DNA of 56,009 bases, the filler included, from Thelocarpon superellum (lineage: Eukaryota): NCBI GenBank assembly GCA_026025795.1. It is 3 parts of 3 records of this genome, joined end to end, with 100 filler letters (N's around TTAATTAATTAA, not from the genome) between each part and the next. Parts side by side here need not be neighbours in the genome. Positions count along the whole stretch, not along the records: positions 1 to 18,669 come from JAPEUG010000359.1; 2 more parts are not named here. One strand, written 5' to 3'. The number at the start of each line of letters is the position of its first letter. Positions within the stretch are counted from its first letter, which is position 1. A program made the position numbers and the translations under genes. The notes beneath the pieces were generated by a model that was given only the letters and a program-made list of their open reading frames with translations, ran no database searches and was not told the DNA's origin. This document shows, in pieces, positions 1 to 12,378 of the stretch.

Positions 1-1563
1 CCCGTTCTCGCTCTCGCTCTCGCTCTGGCCCCTTGTCTTTCTCTCTTCTCTTCCCCCTAGCGCCTGCACCTCCATCGTCGTCTGCCCCATTGTAGTTTTC
101 CTCTTCTCTCACGCCCTCTGTTTCGTCTTTAATCCCCCTGCTCCCGGTCCCATTTGCGTTCCCGTTTGCGTTCCCCTTCCCGCTCTCGTCTCCGTTCTCA
201 TCTCTCCCCCCCCTTCCACCAGCTTCTGTCCTCTCCACTCTACTCCCACCACCCAATCCCTCGTTGATCCCTTTCAAGACCTCCCGAAGAGCCCGGATAT
301 GCGCATCCAATCGTTCTCTCTTGTTCTCACATTCCGCCAGCTGCGCTTCCAGCAGCTCCGCGGTGCTGTTGTTTTGGGAGTGGTGGGAAGTGCGGCGAGG
401 GGGAGCGTGGGACTGGGATTGGGCAGGTGCGCTGTGGCTGAGATTTGAGAGGCGTGGGGTGGACGTGAAGGACGTGCTAGTGCGAACTGGTCTCCCCGTT
501 GGGGTTGTGGAGCTGGATCCGGGTTGAACAGTGACAGGAGGATTGAAGGTAGATCCTGAACGAACAGCCTGCGGGGTGTCTGACACGGGTGAGACATGCG
601 AGGAAGAACGAGCATTGATGGAAGAGCTGGTGGAGAAGGCGGAGTCGGATCGTTTGAGGTCTTCCGCGTCGTGGTCTTGCGTCGACACGTTCTTCCACTT
701 CGTGTAGCCATGCACCCGCCGCTGATGCTCCGTCAGATTCCATCGACGCGGGAAGCCCCGCTTGTGCCGCTCGCACTGCTTTTCGGGGCAGAAGTACTCC
801 GTCACGGCGCGGTCGCCTTCGCGCACCCGGTGTACCTCGCGGAGGTGGCGGTAGAGGCCGCCCATGTCGCCGAACGGTGGCGCGCCGCAGTCCGCGTATT
901 CGCATCGATATGGTCGTCGGTGCCGATCCATGTGTTTTCTGTCCTCGTCAGCTTCCCCGTGCTGTGATCGTCCGGCGCCGTGGGCAGATCCGAACCTGTA
1001 CTCCGACAATCGGGGAAAGGGATCGCGGCCGGCACATTCGGGCATGTCACACGCATGTGGCTTCCCTGGCTTTCCGGAGAAGATGCTTGCTTCAGCAGGG
1101 ATGTAGGAATCACCATCGGAGACGGCAGCGTATCCATTCGTCGTGGTGAACTGGCTGCCGGGGCCCAAGGAGGACGTCTCCTGCCGTTGAGCCGGTCGAT
1201 CGTTCTCTTCTTCGAGGTCCACTGGAGGATCCTTGCGCTTGAGAATACTACTGGGCGTACTACTGCATATATTAATCAGGGCCCCCTTCTGGCATTTTTC
1301 CGGAGATTCGACAGCCAAATGCATACTTAAGGTGTAACAGTGGAGGATCCGCCAGGGGCTGCAGTGTAGGATCTATTGCTCTTCGTCGATTATAGGCTTC
1401 CATTTGTGACGTTTCCGGAACTGCATGCCCCGCACTGTTTTAGTGCGGTTCCGAGGGAGGAGGGGACCATCTATGGCCTCCTCTACTGACCTGTGCCCGG
1501 TCCTAAGGTAGCGTCGTTCGGTCCAGGCACGGCGGAAAGGTCTGACCAGTCCAGGTTGTCATC
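1..1563 (-). CDS. C2H2 zinc-finger transcription factor (3 fingers); 3' end runs off the window start, 5' end uncertain
   Basis: Absent from the ORF track. Manual translation gives HACDMPECAGRDPFPRLSEYR|KHMDRH-RRPYRCEYADCGAPPFGDMGGLYRHLREVH...YFCPEKQCERHKRGFPRRWNLTEHQRRVH, and the frame stays open to base 1. Introns at 939-995 and 1263-1326, with probable further ones near 1421-1490 and 1564-1618. An in-frame ATG exists at 1403. Confidence 0.85.
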
Positions 1564-3847
1564 CTGCGCTGATCGCTGTCAGGCATCTCCGATTGCGGGT
1601 GCTTCTTGAGTAACTCACGAATTGAGGACGCAGGGGGGACGAAGAAGTCACTACTTGAGGGTATCAACGTTAGTTCTTCCGACCCTACCATCGATGTGGA
1701 ACCGCTCTGCTCGAATCAAAGCTGAAAGCGAAAAGAGACCAAAACATGCCGCAGGGGCCGGGCAGGCGGCTTGGGGCCAACGCCTTGTATCAACTATGGG
1801 ATTTGTCAAATGAGGGGAGACAAGGGAAGAGATCCGAGAAGGCATAGTGGGAGGCTCTGGACGTGGCTCTGCGCTACTCACTATCTTGCCTCCGCGGCGC
1901 CTTGACGCTCAGCCGTGAGGGCACCGCAGCTCCAATCATGTGACAGCCACGCCCGAAGTCTAGGCACAACCCCATGGCGCATCGTCGCCTGACGCTACCG
2001 GAGAGGATCGTGGAGGAGCTTCTGCGGTAGCATCGACAACGACGAGGACATGGGGTGGGGAAAGCAAGAGAGAAGAGGCCCATGGCGGAAAGTCACCTGT
2101 GGCCTCCCACGCGACGACACCTCGAGAATCCAGGGCAATTCGGTCATGGGGCGTCTCGTGGCGCCATCACCGTAGGCCTCGCGCTATGTTTGATATCTGC
2201 CGCTCGTAAGCTTCTCGTCAATGCCCCTCGAGAAAGGGACAGGCACTCACCATACAGGGTAGAAGGGAGGGAAGGCAGATTCTCCAGGCCAATCCAGCTC
2301 CGTTGAAAGTTCCACGATTCGGTCGGAGAGCCGCGAAGTTCATCACTACATAGGGAGGAGTCTCACAATGAGATTGGCCACCCAGGCATGCCGGCATCAT
2401 CATCGCCTTCACCACGAATGTGCGGCACCTGTTCCTGCCTGCGTCGCTGGTGGTAAGCGACGGACGGCGCTGATCGAGCGTGGTGATCCTACCCTTGCCC
2501 CCCCAGTCCGTCACGCTCTGACGCGCGAAAGTTCATCACAGGCGCTGGCGTAGAGTGAAATCTTGATGAAATCATTGCTGTCTCGAGATGGAGGAAGGAA
2601 TGGTCCCTCTGCCGTCGAGCCGCGCATGTCTTTTGTATTCAGCACTCGACCCCGCCCCAAGTCTCCTGCCGAGGACGCGCCGAGGTCGAGTCACCATCGA
2701 GGCAGCGAGTCATCCTAGCTCACCACCCCGTACAGAGCCAGCCCTCGGTGTTGGGGGAGGGTTGGCACCCAACCTGGAGCCTTGGTCCGATCCGAGTCCA
2801 TGGGGGCCAATTGGCGGCAACGAAGGTGCCGTCATTCAGTCGTCCTGACCCTCCTGGCCGGCCGCTGCTCGTGTTCATTGCATCACCGACGGTTCAAGCC
2901 GCAGAGCTACCCACCAAGGCGGATACATGACCGGCTGCAGCATCAGCCACGAGGGACCAGTGCCCAACGTAAGGTGCCGTCAAATGATGATGTGACAAGT
3001 CAAGCTGTTCGGCCCGCTCCGCAACGCTGAAGGCGATAAGGCGTCCGTCGAGGTCGGCCAGCCGACTTGGGTATCAGTGCATGCTGCCTCGCTTCGTCCC
3101 GAATCCGACCGAGCAACCCTAATCCAAAGCAATGACGGCGAGCGTAAGATAGGGTCCAGGCCGATAAGCTCCGTAGGCAGCGATGGCCTTGGGTGGAAAT
3201 GGCATCATGCATATCGGCCATGATGGGTCACGACGGCGAGCTCATGGTGGGTAGGATGATCGGGCTACTGGCACTGCTCGTAGCGGTCGGCGGATGAGGA
3301 CACCCACAAAATGTTACCGCTGCCCGATCAACCCGTCACCCACCACCCACCACCCACCATCCACCAAGCCGCGGCTCCTCTACTTGAGCACGTGGCTGCC
3401 TGCTCGGTCTACTCACGCACGACGAATCAGAGCTAGAGAGGATATCCCAGCCATGGAACGCTCGTCATGCATGGCTACAACAGTCCACGATGGGCCAACC
3501 TGATGGTGTTGCCGGGCGCGACGAGGGTGGCAGTTGGGCACCGTGGTAAATGGCGCTCAAGCGAGAGGATGAGATCTGATAAGATCTTGGAACCCTCGGC
3601 TGCCATCTCCAGGGAGGGCTCGGTAACATCTCGCGAAATCCCTCCTCCGACCACGGTTGTCGTAGGTAGCCCGCCCGAGAGTGTGGGGTCAACGATGCGG
3701 GCCGACTGCGTGAGCAAAGAAATCACGCTGTGGAATCCATGTGTTTGCTTGGACCAATGCCGGTCGTCAAGCCCGACCGTTTTGGTCATCCGCTAGGTCC
3801 CTGCGCTATTTCCCACTTGATCTTCCGCGAGCTATGCATGGGTCTGA

Positions 3848-3869
3848 CCAATACCTAATCGCTGATTGG
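3848..3869. promoter_or_regulatory. Inverted pair of CCAAT boxes (CCAAT-N12-ATTGG); candidate CBC/HapX site upstream of CCC1
   Basis: CCAATacctaatcgctgATTGG lies ~270-290 bp upstream of the ATG at 4134. It fits CSAAT-N12-RWT on both strands. Confidence 0.5.
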
Positions 3870-4133
3870 CCGGGAGCAAGCGGCCGTGACGGTTTGCTTC
3901 AGAATGAGGCCGTGGGAATGAGCGTCCACGATGCAAGTCCGCGTTCCAGGGGGGTATATATTCGATGGAATGGTTCTTGCTCGTTGGTCATGGTCTGTCT
4001 GGCCCGCTGCACATCCGGCATCGTGTCTCTCAGGCCAGCGTCGAGGGTCAATCGATCCCGTCAAGCACTTGCTCGCACACAAACGCCGTCGACCAGGACT
4101 TTCATCATTGGGCCTTCTCCAGGTCGGGCGACG

Positions 4134-5087
4134 ATGCCAGACAACGTTGCAAGCACCGTGTCGCGTCCGCCTAGCCTTGGCTCGAAGGACAAGGACGAGA
4201 CGACGGTACAGATCCAGCCATGCGAGTCCCAGCAAAGCCAGAGCGAGAGCGATGTGGAAGCACAGAAAGAGAAGCGCGCTGCGCGTCGAGCCGGGCGCTG
4301 CAAGCTCAGCCCACGCGTGACCTCGGACGCCATCATCGGTCTCACCGACGGCTTGACCGTGCCGTTCGCCCTCACAGCCGGCCTGTCGGCCTTTGGCGAC
4401 CGACGGGTGGTCATCTTCGGCGGCCTGGCGGAATTAGTTGCCGGCGCCATCTCCATGGGTCTCGGAGGCTATCTCGGCGCCCAATGCGAAGCGTGAGCCT
4501 CTCTGGCCTGATTCCACGCCGGAGCCAAGCTGGATCTCGCCCTGATGCATGCTAACCTCGCCTCCGTCGACAGGGACTCGTATGCCGAGACGCTTAGCAG
4601 GACCCGCGACTTGCTCCGCTCGGCGAGCAGCGAGAAGGAAACGCTTGTTCCGGGCGTCTTTGAGCCATATCAATTTCCGTCGAACGTGGTCGACATGGCC
4701 CACGCCCACCTGCAGACCTCCCCAGATCAGATGGTCGACTTTATCATGCTCTTCCATCATCGTCTTTCGCCGCCGGAGTCCACGCGCCCTCTGGTCTCGG
4801 CAGGGACGATCGCGTGTGGATATTTCGTGGGAGGCTTCATTCCCTTGATTCCCTACTTCTTCGTCGGTCCCCACGACATCACGACCGGGCTCTGGTGCAG
4901 CTGTATTGTGATGGCCGTGGCGCTCTTTACCTTTGGCTACGTCAAGACGTGCGTTGTCAGAGGATGGCGGGGCAAGTCGCACGTGTGGAGTGGGATCAAG
5001 GGCGGCGTCCTGATGTTGCTGGTCGGGAGTCTCGCCGCAGCTGCAGCCGTTGGGTTGGTCAAAGCCTTCAACAGCGCCTACAAGTGA
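4134..5087 (+). CDS. CCC1: VIT1/CCC1 family vacuolar Fe/Mn transporter
   Basis: Motifs SDAIIGLTDGLTVPFALTAGLS, GGLAELVAGAISMGLGGYL, GYFVGGFIPLIPYFF and ALFTFGYVK. One intron at 4493-4573 (GTGAGC..GCTAAC..CAG) joins ORFs 3741..4496 and 4545..5087. Confidence 0.93.
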
Positions 5088-5296
5088 GCTTGGATGATTC
5101 GCCTCTAGAAGACACCTGTACAATATTTACTCACGACTTACGGACGAATGCGGAAAAGGTCGTGCATCGTTGCGACAGAGCGCAGGCATGCTGTGATGAT
5201 GGACAAGTCTCTCGTATCGCGCTGGTTGAAGTCTGATCGGCCCTACCCTCCCCGCGCGGCCCATGCACGCTCCTGCCCCTCCTCGCCATCCATCGC

Positions 5297-5542
5297 TCAC
5301 GCACCGCCTTCCCGCTTGGCATATTCCTCCTCCATGCGCTCTTCATACAATTTTTCCGCTGCCACCTCCGCTTCGCTTTTCGTTGACGTGCTCAACTTGC
5401 TGCCGGCCGTCTCCCGCGAGAGGTGCTCGTCGCCGGTGGCGGACTCGGTGGCGCGGAGTGACGCATCGTCTGAGCCCGCAGGTATCGTGGTCGCGGGACT
5501 CGACGAGGAGCCGGAAGGCTTTTCGGTAGTGGAAGGCATCAT
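5297..5542 (-). CDS. Small (81 aa) hypothetical protein with C-terminal LYEERMEEEYAKREGGA motif
   Basis: Single-exon ATG..TGA ORF with a Ser/Thr-rich N-terminus. The C-terminal motif is one I recall from small uncharacterised ascomycete proteins. Confidence 0.7.
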   Translation of the reverse strand: MMPSTTEKPSGSSSSPATTIPAGSDDASLRATESATGDEHLSRETAGSKLSTSTKSEAEVAAEKLYEERMEEEYAKREGGA

Positions 5543-8270
5543 ACTAGGTCAAAGTCGGTCTCTTTGCGCCTTTGTATCGGTCGATAGTGGCAAGTGGAGG
5601 TGGGCGAGATGTAGGGCGATGCGGATGGTTGCCTGTCCGCCACCATTCTGCTTGGGGGAGTGGCGGTTTCCGTTCCTCTTCGCTATGTTACGCCCCTGGT
5701 AGCACCAGCGGGTCGTGGCGAAAGTGTACTCGTGCTACGAGGTGTCGCGCGAACTCCCTTCCCAGCGACAGTGAACCTTCGCGACGTCATGGTGCTGTAG
5801 GCCCCACGCCAAACGACGAAACGGAACTTCGCACTCCAATCGTCCGGGCTGTCTTCCACGTCCCGCAGACCATGCTCCAGGCTTTTGTCATAGACACCCT
5901 CTACCTGCAGCAGTTTCAGAGCGGTGACGCCTTATGAAGTTTCTCATCAATAGCTTGAAATGAGAGTGGTGTCGATGCCTGCCTACAATGCACGTGATCC
6001 ACTGAAGCTCTCTGCATCCGGAATACGTTAACAACGGCAATCTATAGAGTACGAAGTACTTATTTCATGATCATAGCGAGTTCAATCTTTGGCTTTGAGA
6101 GCGGGAAAGCCACTCTCCTTACTTTCTCCTACTGAGTAGAATCTTTGCCCCGACTAGCATCGGCTGCGGGGGCATACCTTGCTACGATCGGAGGTCGGGT
6201 GGCTTCCGTTGCCCTCGCGCACATCATGCTGCTTCTGTCACGGGCTCTGCGCACCACCGCGCATCTGCCGGACAGATGCCGGAACCGGATAGGAACTGCC
6301 GTGCATATCCATGCTGTGGCGCGGCGTGGGGCAAGTTCATGCTGCTGCTTCGGATATGACGGATTTCTTGGGTGTAGATAGGAAAGGGGGGTTGCAGTAG
6401 AGCCTTGAACGTAGGTGGAGATGTGAGACCAACCGGAATGAACATGAACCCCGCAACGGTTACGGTCGAGACAGACGCATACTCGAGGGAGGAACCTTGG
6501 CCGAATAGCGATGATTGACACGATCAGCCTCTCTCGGACACCCTGTTCTCCCGTCTCATCCAGGACCAGGTCATTCTCGCGGGATGCATGAGTGGCGCTA
6601 TTGGCCTGGGACTCGAAACGATGACACAAGAGAGAGCAGGGTCGAGCACGTCCATATCCTGAGAGGTAGCCGGTCGATCAAGCACATAGACGTGAGCCAT
6701 GATGTGTGCCATCCCACCTTATGCACCAGGAACCATCTGAGACGAGAGGCTGTATATGCGGGTCATGACGGTGAAATTCTTGTGCAGAGCCAAGGCCGGC
6801 ATTTGGTGCTCCATGATAGTGCGTGTGAGACATACGCATACAAGGCCAGGCGCCTGGGAGCATGCCTGGATGCGGCGCTGCTGAACACAAGCATGAAAAG
6901 GACATGACAAACAGGCAGGAGACGCCCCAAAATCAATGCCGTCCCAGCACTGCAACGAGCACTTGTGAGAGCCCGTGGCGTTCCTAGCCGACGGATACTT
7001 GGTTACAGAAGGCCTAGTCAAACTTGCTCGGCGCCATCGCACGGTACTGATCTGGTGGATATGGCACGTGAGTTTGAGGCTCGTAACTGCTCACGAAGGG
7101 GGCGGGCTGGATGTGCACTCATGAACTTGCTGGCTCTCTCTTTGGCCGAGCCGACGTTTGGCACAGATCAATCCGGGGCGGTGGAAATGCCGACCATCAT
7201 CGCAGTGGATGGAACGGATATGGTGCGCTGGACCGCATCGGAACCCTGCGATGCTGCGGGGTGGTGCATCGTGGTGTTGGTGGCGTGCTCATCAATTGCC
7301 CAATTCGCCCATAAGTATGCCCCCGGGGAGGGGAGAGGTTTGCGGCATTTGCTGGCCCCTGTACAATCCACACTCACCCCCGGAGCTTAGGCCGGGCAGG
7401 GCCCAACCGTCCGGCTCGCTAAGACGTCGAGGGTACTATCTTCCGGCGTGGGGAGGGAAAGGAACGGGGCCGAGAGCAAGAACGGTGCCGGCCGTGCTGT
7501 CGGCATGACCATGCTAAACATGAACCGTCACTGGTGCATGGCGTCAGCCGCTCGCTCTCTCCGCTCGAGCGTCAAGCGTGGAGGGTGAAATGCGGTCGGT
7601 TCGTGCCCCGCCGAGCAGCAGGATTGACGCCTACGATCCTAGTACCCGCCCGCCACGGCGCCGAGCAGGTCCGCCTCAGCGTCGCCCGACCCTACCGACC
7701 TCGTACGAGTACGCATACGAGTCCTCAACAATGAGAGACGACGGGCCGCCGTCAGAGCGGGCTACCCCACGAGTAGTGACATGCCCCGATGGCGTCGTGC
7801 GGCCAAGGCCCACGACGCCCTTGACGCATCCTCGTCCGCCCCGGACCGTGGGTAGGGAGCACCAACCACGAGTAGCTCCGCTGGCTGAAAGCTGGCCAAC
7901 TCCCATTACCTGATGTAGCAGTCCCGTCCCGAGTTCGGACATGCTGTCGACAGGGAGACCTGCACTCACGAATACCGTCGGGGGCCGCTCCACCTTCATC
8001 GTCGTCGGTCCACGCCGATCCCTGCAGGCTCTTGGGCGACGTCAATGGATCTGCCCCACGGAAACCACTTGGCCCCCGGCGCGCCCAAAGCACGATCTGC
8101 ACCTGCGTTGGGGCTTTGTCGAGATTGAGTTGCTGCCTCCACCGTTAGTGCCAAACGCCACAGCAACCTCCACGAGGGACGGGGATAAACCTGTCTGCGT
8201 CCTCATGGCCACCACACCGTGCTCAACTTCAAGGCCACTGATAAGCGCGTCAGCTCCGGCATGGTAGTCC

Positions 8271-9581
8271 GTGTCGTGTGACGGCCAGCTAACCCCCAGA
8301 TCCCGGGTCTCGACGTTTGAGCTTGGCTATGCCGGCCGTGTTTCGTCTGCTGCTCGCCGCCCGGACCCTGCCCCCCACGTCGTGACACCTGCTCCATGGC
8401 CGGACGCCGCGTCAACAGACTCGAATGCGTCCCAGTCTCGCGGGTACGGAGAAATGTATCTGTCGGATACCAAACCAGCCTCTCGCCGTCATGGCGACAG
8501 CACACATGGAATGAGCCAAGAGGTCCGCCCCGTCTCGAGAGAGACCGCCTCGCCGCCTAGCGCTCCGGTCATGTCTGTCGACGGAGCTATCCCACCGCTC
8601 CGGCGATCGGCTAGGCGGCGGCGACCCTTCGGCCAAACAAAGCCACGACCTCAGCATGCCCGGTGCGTGCCGCCGTCGGCGAGGCTGTTGCGACCATTCC
8701 TCTTCCAGGGGTTGCCAGCAGAGGTACGAACGCTTATCTATGAGATGCTACTGATTCAGCCTCATCCCCTCCGTCCACTCTGTCGTGAGGACCGTTACTT
8801 TGAAGCGCCCGGCACCGCCCGCGCCCCGGGCCTGGCGTCGGTTGTCGGGCTCCTCCGTTGCTCGCGCCTCATCCATCGTGAAGCATCGGCGGTCATGTAT
8901 GGGCGAAATGAGTTTTTGCTGTACGGCCTCGACTTTGGCGAAGCGGTCCTGCGTTTCCTCGCTACCATTGGCCCGAGTGCACGCCATGCGATTCGTCGTC
9001 TGCAGATCGATTGGCAACACGGCATCATCAAGATCAACCAAGCGAGCAAAGCCGCCGATTTGTTTGCCATGGTCAGCGATCGCAAGAATCCATTGCGCGA
9101 GTACGTGGCACGCATGCTGCATGACGTTGGCCGCTCGACGATCCGCACATTTGTGGCCTCACTCGACCTGATGGTGGGGAGCCCCTGTCTCGAGCACCTG
9201 GCTATCGTCTGCCCAGGCAACGATAGCCCGGGTGAGCATCACAACCCTTTCTCGGAGCACGACATTTGCTCGGGCTGCCCACATGAAGTTCCTCGTGTGC
9301 TCCGTCGGCTCCAAGGGCTCAAGTCCCTCACGGTGGGCGATACGGACTGGCATCTCGAGCTCGAGGCCCTCGCAAACGAGATGGGCGTGCAGGAGCTCAA
9401 CGTAACGCAGCTTGACTGCGTTTACATGAGCGACGAGACCACGAGACAGTTTGCAAGCCGAGGGTGGAGGCTGAAAGTCCCCTGGTCCGACCCTCATGGT
9501 GACCACTTTCGTCGCGTGGCCACGAAACGACTTCAACCGGACGCCGCCTCAAACGTGCCCAGGGTTCGGCAGTGGTGGTAG
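8271..9581 (+). CDS. Fungal F-box-like (LPxExRxxIY motif; 2EXR/DUF7730-like) protein; start uncertain
   Basis: 436-codon ORF containing PFLFQGLPAEVRTLIYEMLL and LLRCSRLIHREASAVMYGRNEF, followed by leucine-rich segments (IRRLQI, LEHLAI, LKSLTV). The true start may be an internal ATG or an upstream exon. Confidence 0.7.
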   Translation: MSCDGQLTPRSRVSTFELGYAGRVSSAARRPDPAPHVVTPAPWPDAASTDSNASQSRGYGEMYLSDTKPASRRHGDSTHGMSQEVRPVSRETASPPSAPVMSVDGAIPPLRRSARRRRPFGQTKPRPQHARCVPPSARLLRPFLFQGLPAEVRTLIYEMLLIQPHPLRPLCREDRYFEAPGTARAPGLASVVGLLRCSRLIHREASAVMYGRNEFLLYGLDFGEAVLRFLATIGPSARHAIRRLQIDWQHGIIKINQASKAADLFAMVSDRKNPLREYVARMLHDVGRSTIRTFVASLDLMVGSPCLEHLAIVCPGNDSPGEHHNPFSEHDICSGCPHEVPRVLRRLQGLKSLTVGDTDWHLELEALANEMGVQELNVTQLDCVYMSDETTRQFASRGWRLKVPWSDPHGDHFRRVATKRLQPDAASNVPRVRQWW

Positions 9582-10533
9582 GTCGTGCGTCATTCCCACG
9601 GCTAGGCGGAGCGAAGCTGGCTGACGGAAGAATCGCTGGGCTACAGTCTATGCTTCCGTCGGATTTACGTGTGCGAAAGTCACGCCGGGTCTGCTGCGGG
9701 CTCCGAAGAGCATGGTGACGAGCGACACGTCGAGGAAACGGCTGTCGATTCGGGTGATGATCGAGCATGCAGGGGCATGGAGACGCAGAAGCTCTGGTGG
9801 GAGCCAAGCAGCCACGAGGCCACTCGACGACTCGGACAATGGATGATGGACCAAGGCAACTCAATGGAACTACTAAGCTCTCATCGGTCACGAAGACGAC
9901 TTTTGACCCCACCTGTTCCTGAAATGGGTTGACCTGACTGCATTCATTGGAATGTTACCCGCTGGGGCGGTATCGTTTGCGTGGACAGGATGCGGTCGGC
10001 ATGCCGTTGCGTAGTCATTATGGCAGATATGCTGGAGAGAGGAGGCGATTCGTGAGACCCTCAATTCACCAGGATGTACAGAATTGTTGGGAGGCCAACT
10101 TCTTTTGAGAGAGGTGACTTGGTATTTTGCTCCAACGGTACGGCTCGTAAGGGAGGCCGTCCGAGTCACGTGATAATCACGTGTCCACGCACGCCTGTTT
10201 CGCGGCCAGCGTGCTGGATCCCTCTGCGTACCATGCCTCGACGCTGGCGTTTCTACCTGCGATGACCCGCGAGCGCTCTACCATGGGATCGAAAATATGA
10301 TTGACAAAACTATGGCATACTGTACTTCCTGTCTGCCGCTTCGTCGCTCCCCTGGCAGAGCCTCACCCGCAGGCAGCGAGGCGGCCTGCGAACTAGTGTG
10401 GCAGTGCAGCATGCACGACGGAGCCTGGGCGTCAAGGTCAGCCTTGTCGGTGTGGCACATCGCCCGTATTAAGGAGGCGGCGTTACGCGCCCTCCGCCCA
10501 TCGCCATCCGCATGATCACAATTGCTAGTGATC

Positions 10534-11733
10534 ATGGCGAAGAGTCTATCGTCGGTCATCGCCGGTTCGATCCTGATCGGACTGGTACTCCTCATGTTGG
10601 GGGAGTTCGCGCAGGCTGCACCACAACCCTCACCCTCCACGTCGACGTCGACAGGGTCTCCGCCAAGGAGCACCGTTTCTTCGGCGCCAACATCCACCGC
10701 GTCCGGCACCTGCGGCTTCCAAGGCGACGACAACATCTACGGCTTGGGTATTCGTCTGGGCGTGTACCTGCAATGGCTGACCTCAAGTGTGGCCTACAAC
10801 TTCGTGCCGGACGAAGCAGTGACGATGCGAGGGGTGAACACCTGCTTCACGCTGTCCAATTTTGCGGGTTCGTTCCTCGTCCTGCGTGTCTAATCATGAG
10901 ACTGATGCGAGCCGCGGCTGCTGTTCAGGTCTCCTCTACATTACCTTGTGGCGCGACGACAATGCCAACAGCCCCGGCTTGTATGCGGTTGAATGCTGGA
11001 TCGTCATCGGCTTCTGCGTCGGCGGCGTCTTTACCGGCCGAGTCCAGGGCCGAGACGATAACGCGCAGTCGACCTCGGTGACTTTTGCAGGCTACAAGGC
11101 GTCGGCGATTGGGGGGATTATACAACTGGCCTTGAATGCGGCCATTATATATTACACGATCTGGTATCTGTACATCGGGATGGATACCATGATCGCGACG
11201 CCCTGTTCACGCTATGCCTTCTTCTTTGCCCGAGTCGTGCGTCCCCCTTACCGTGCTCGTCTCAATATCATGCGTCCCAGGCGTCCAGGCCACAGCCATG
11301 ATCGGCCACGTGACTGATCATGCTTTAGGATCTCTTCCACTGGTTCCGAACCTTATCGAAAGTCATCTTCACCATGACCGGTATTCTGGTCGGTCTCTTA
11401 CTCGTGGGACTGCTCCTCGGTCTGTTGGCATTCATCCACAAGATGGGGCCAGTCCGGGGGGTTCTCGTTATGCTCGGCGTGGACGCCGAAAGTGACGCGG
11501 ACGCTAAAGAAGATGAAGACAAGCATCAAATCACCAACGTCAGCTTCTCCTTCACGCCGCTGGCCTTCTTCGTAGCAGGCACGGAGATGCTGATCCGGTG
11601 GAACAACATCGCGGGCGTGAATACGATCGCCGGGACCGGACAGCTGCTACCGGTGATCGTGGCAGGAGGGGGACTGCTGCGGGTGGTGTGGAAGTCTTTG
11701 ATCAAGCTCATGTCTGGGGCGTATACCACCTGA
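10534..11733 (+). CDS. Uncharacterised multi-pass (~7 TM) membrane protein with signal peptide and Ser/Thr-rich stalk
   Basis: Signal-like start MAKSLSSVIAGSILIGLVLLMLGEFAQA; motifs GDDNIYGLGIRLGVYLQW, EMLIRWNNI and GQLLP. Introns 10868-10928 and 11237-11328 join three ORF-track pieces in frame. Confidence 0.85.
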
Positions 11734-12378
11734 GGGAGCGCGGGGAGACTCATATAGGTACAATGGCTGTGACCTTGCTTCAATCAGCTTGTGGAAGGAC
11801 GACGTTGGCTTTGAAAGAGTCTAATGTTGCTCTAACACCACCGTGGACTTGGTGGAGAAGTGCCTGCCGGCGCTATATATTTCAACCAAGACGGGGAGAA
11901 AAGATGGCATCGATGGCGCTGGATAGTGTGCGCTTTGGGCCCACATCCCTAGAGATATTATTCTGTACGGTACTCACGTGACTATGTTATGTGGGTAGCC
12001 ATATACTATATCCCAGCTACGGGTAGATTTTAGTCACCACTGGGCTCTGATTCCTACACGCGTTCATTCCATGGTTCCGTTGCGGTGGCATCGGGTTTCT
12101 TTGCATCATTGAACGCTCAATCTGCTGGTCTGGTCTGGGATCCGATCCGATCCGAACGTGCATGGTTGCATTAATCTCCCCTCTCCTGTCCTCTTCTCTT
12201 TGCTCGTTCTTGTCCATACTCTTGTCCCTGTAAACAGAAAGGATCGTACCGCAGAGGGAGGAGAGCAGAGAAAGAAGAAAAGATGGTTGTACCAGTCCAC
12301 CGACCAGTTGATACCAGACCACACCATACCACACAATACGGTACACGTAGAGCAACCCCGTCGATTCATCGACCTGGT

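Noticed and set aside
5600..8270. Short ORFs in the 5.6-8.3 kb interval (also 1.9-3.7 kb and 15.8-17.4 kb)
   Set aside because: No recognisable domain or consistent splice model; an upstream exon for the F-box-like gene could not be joined convincingly.
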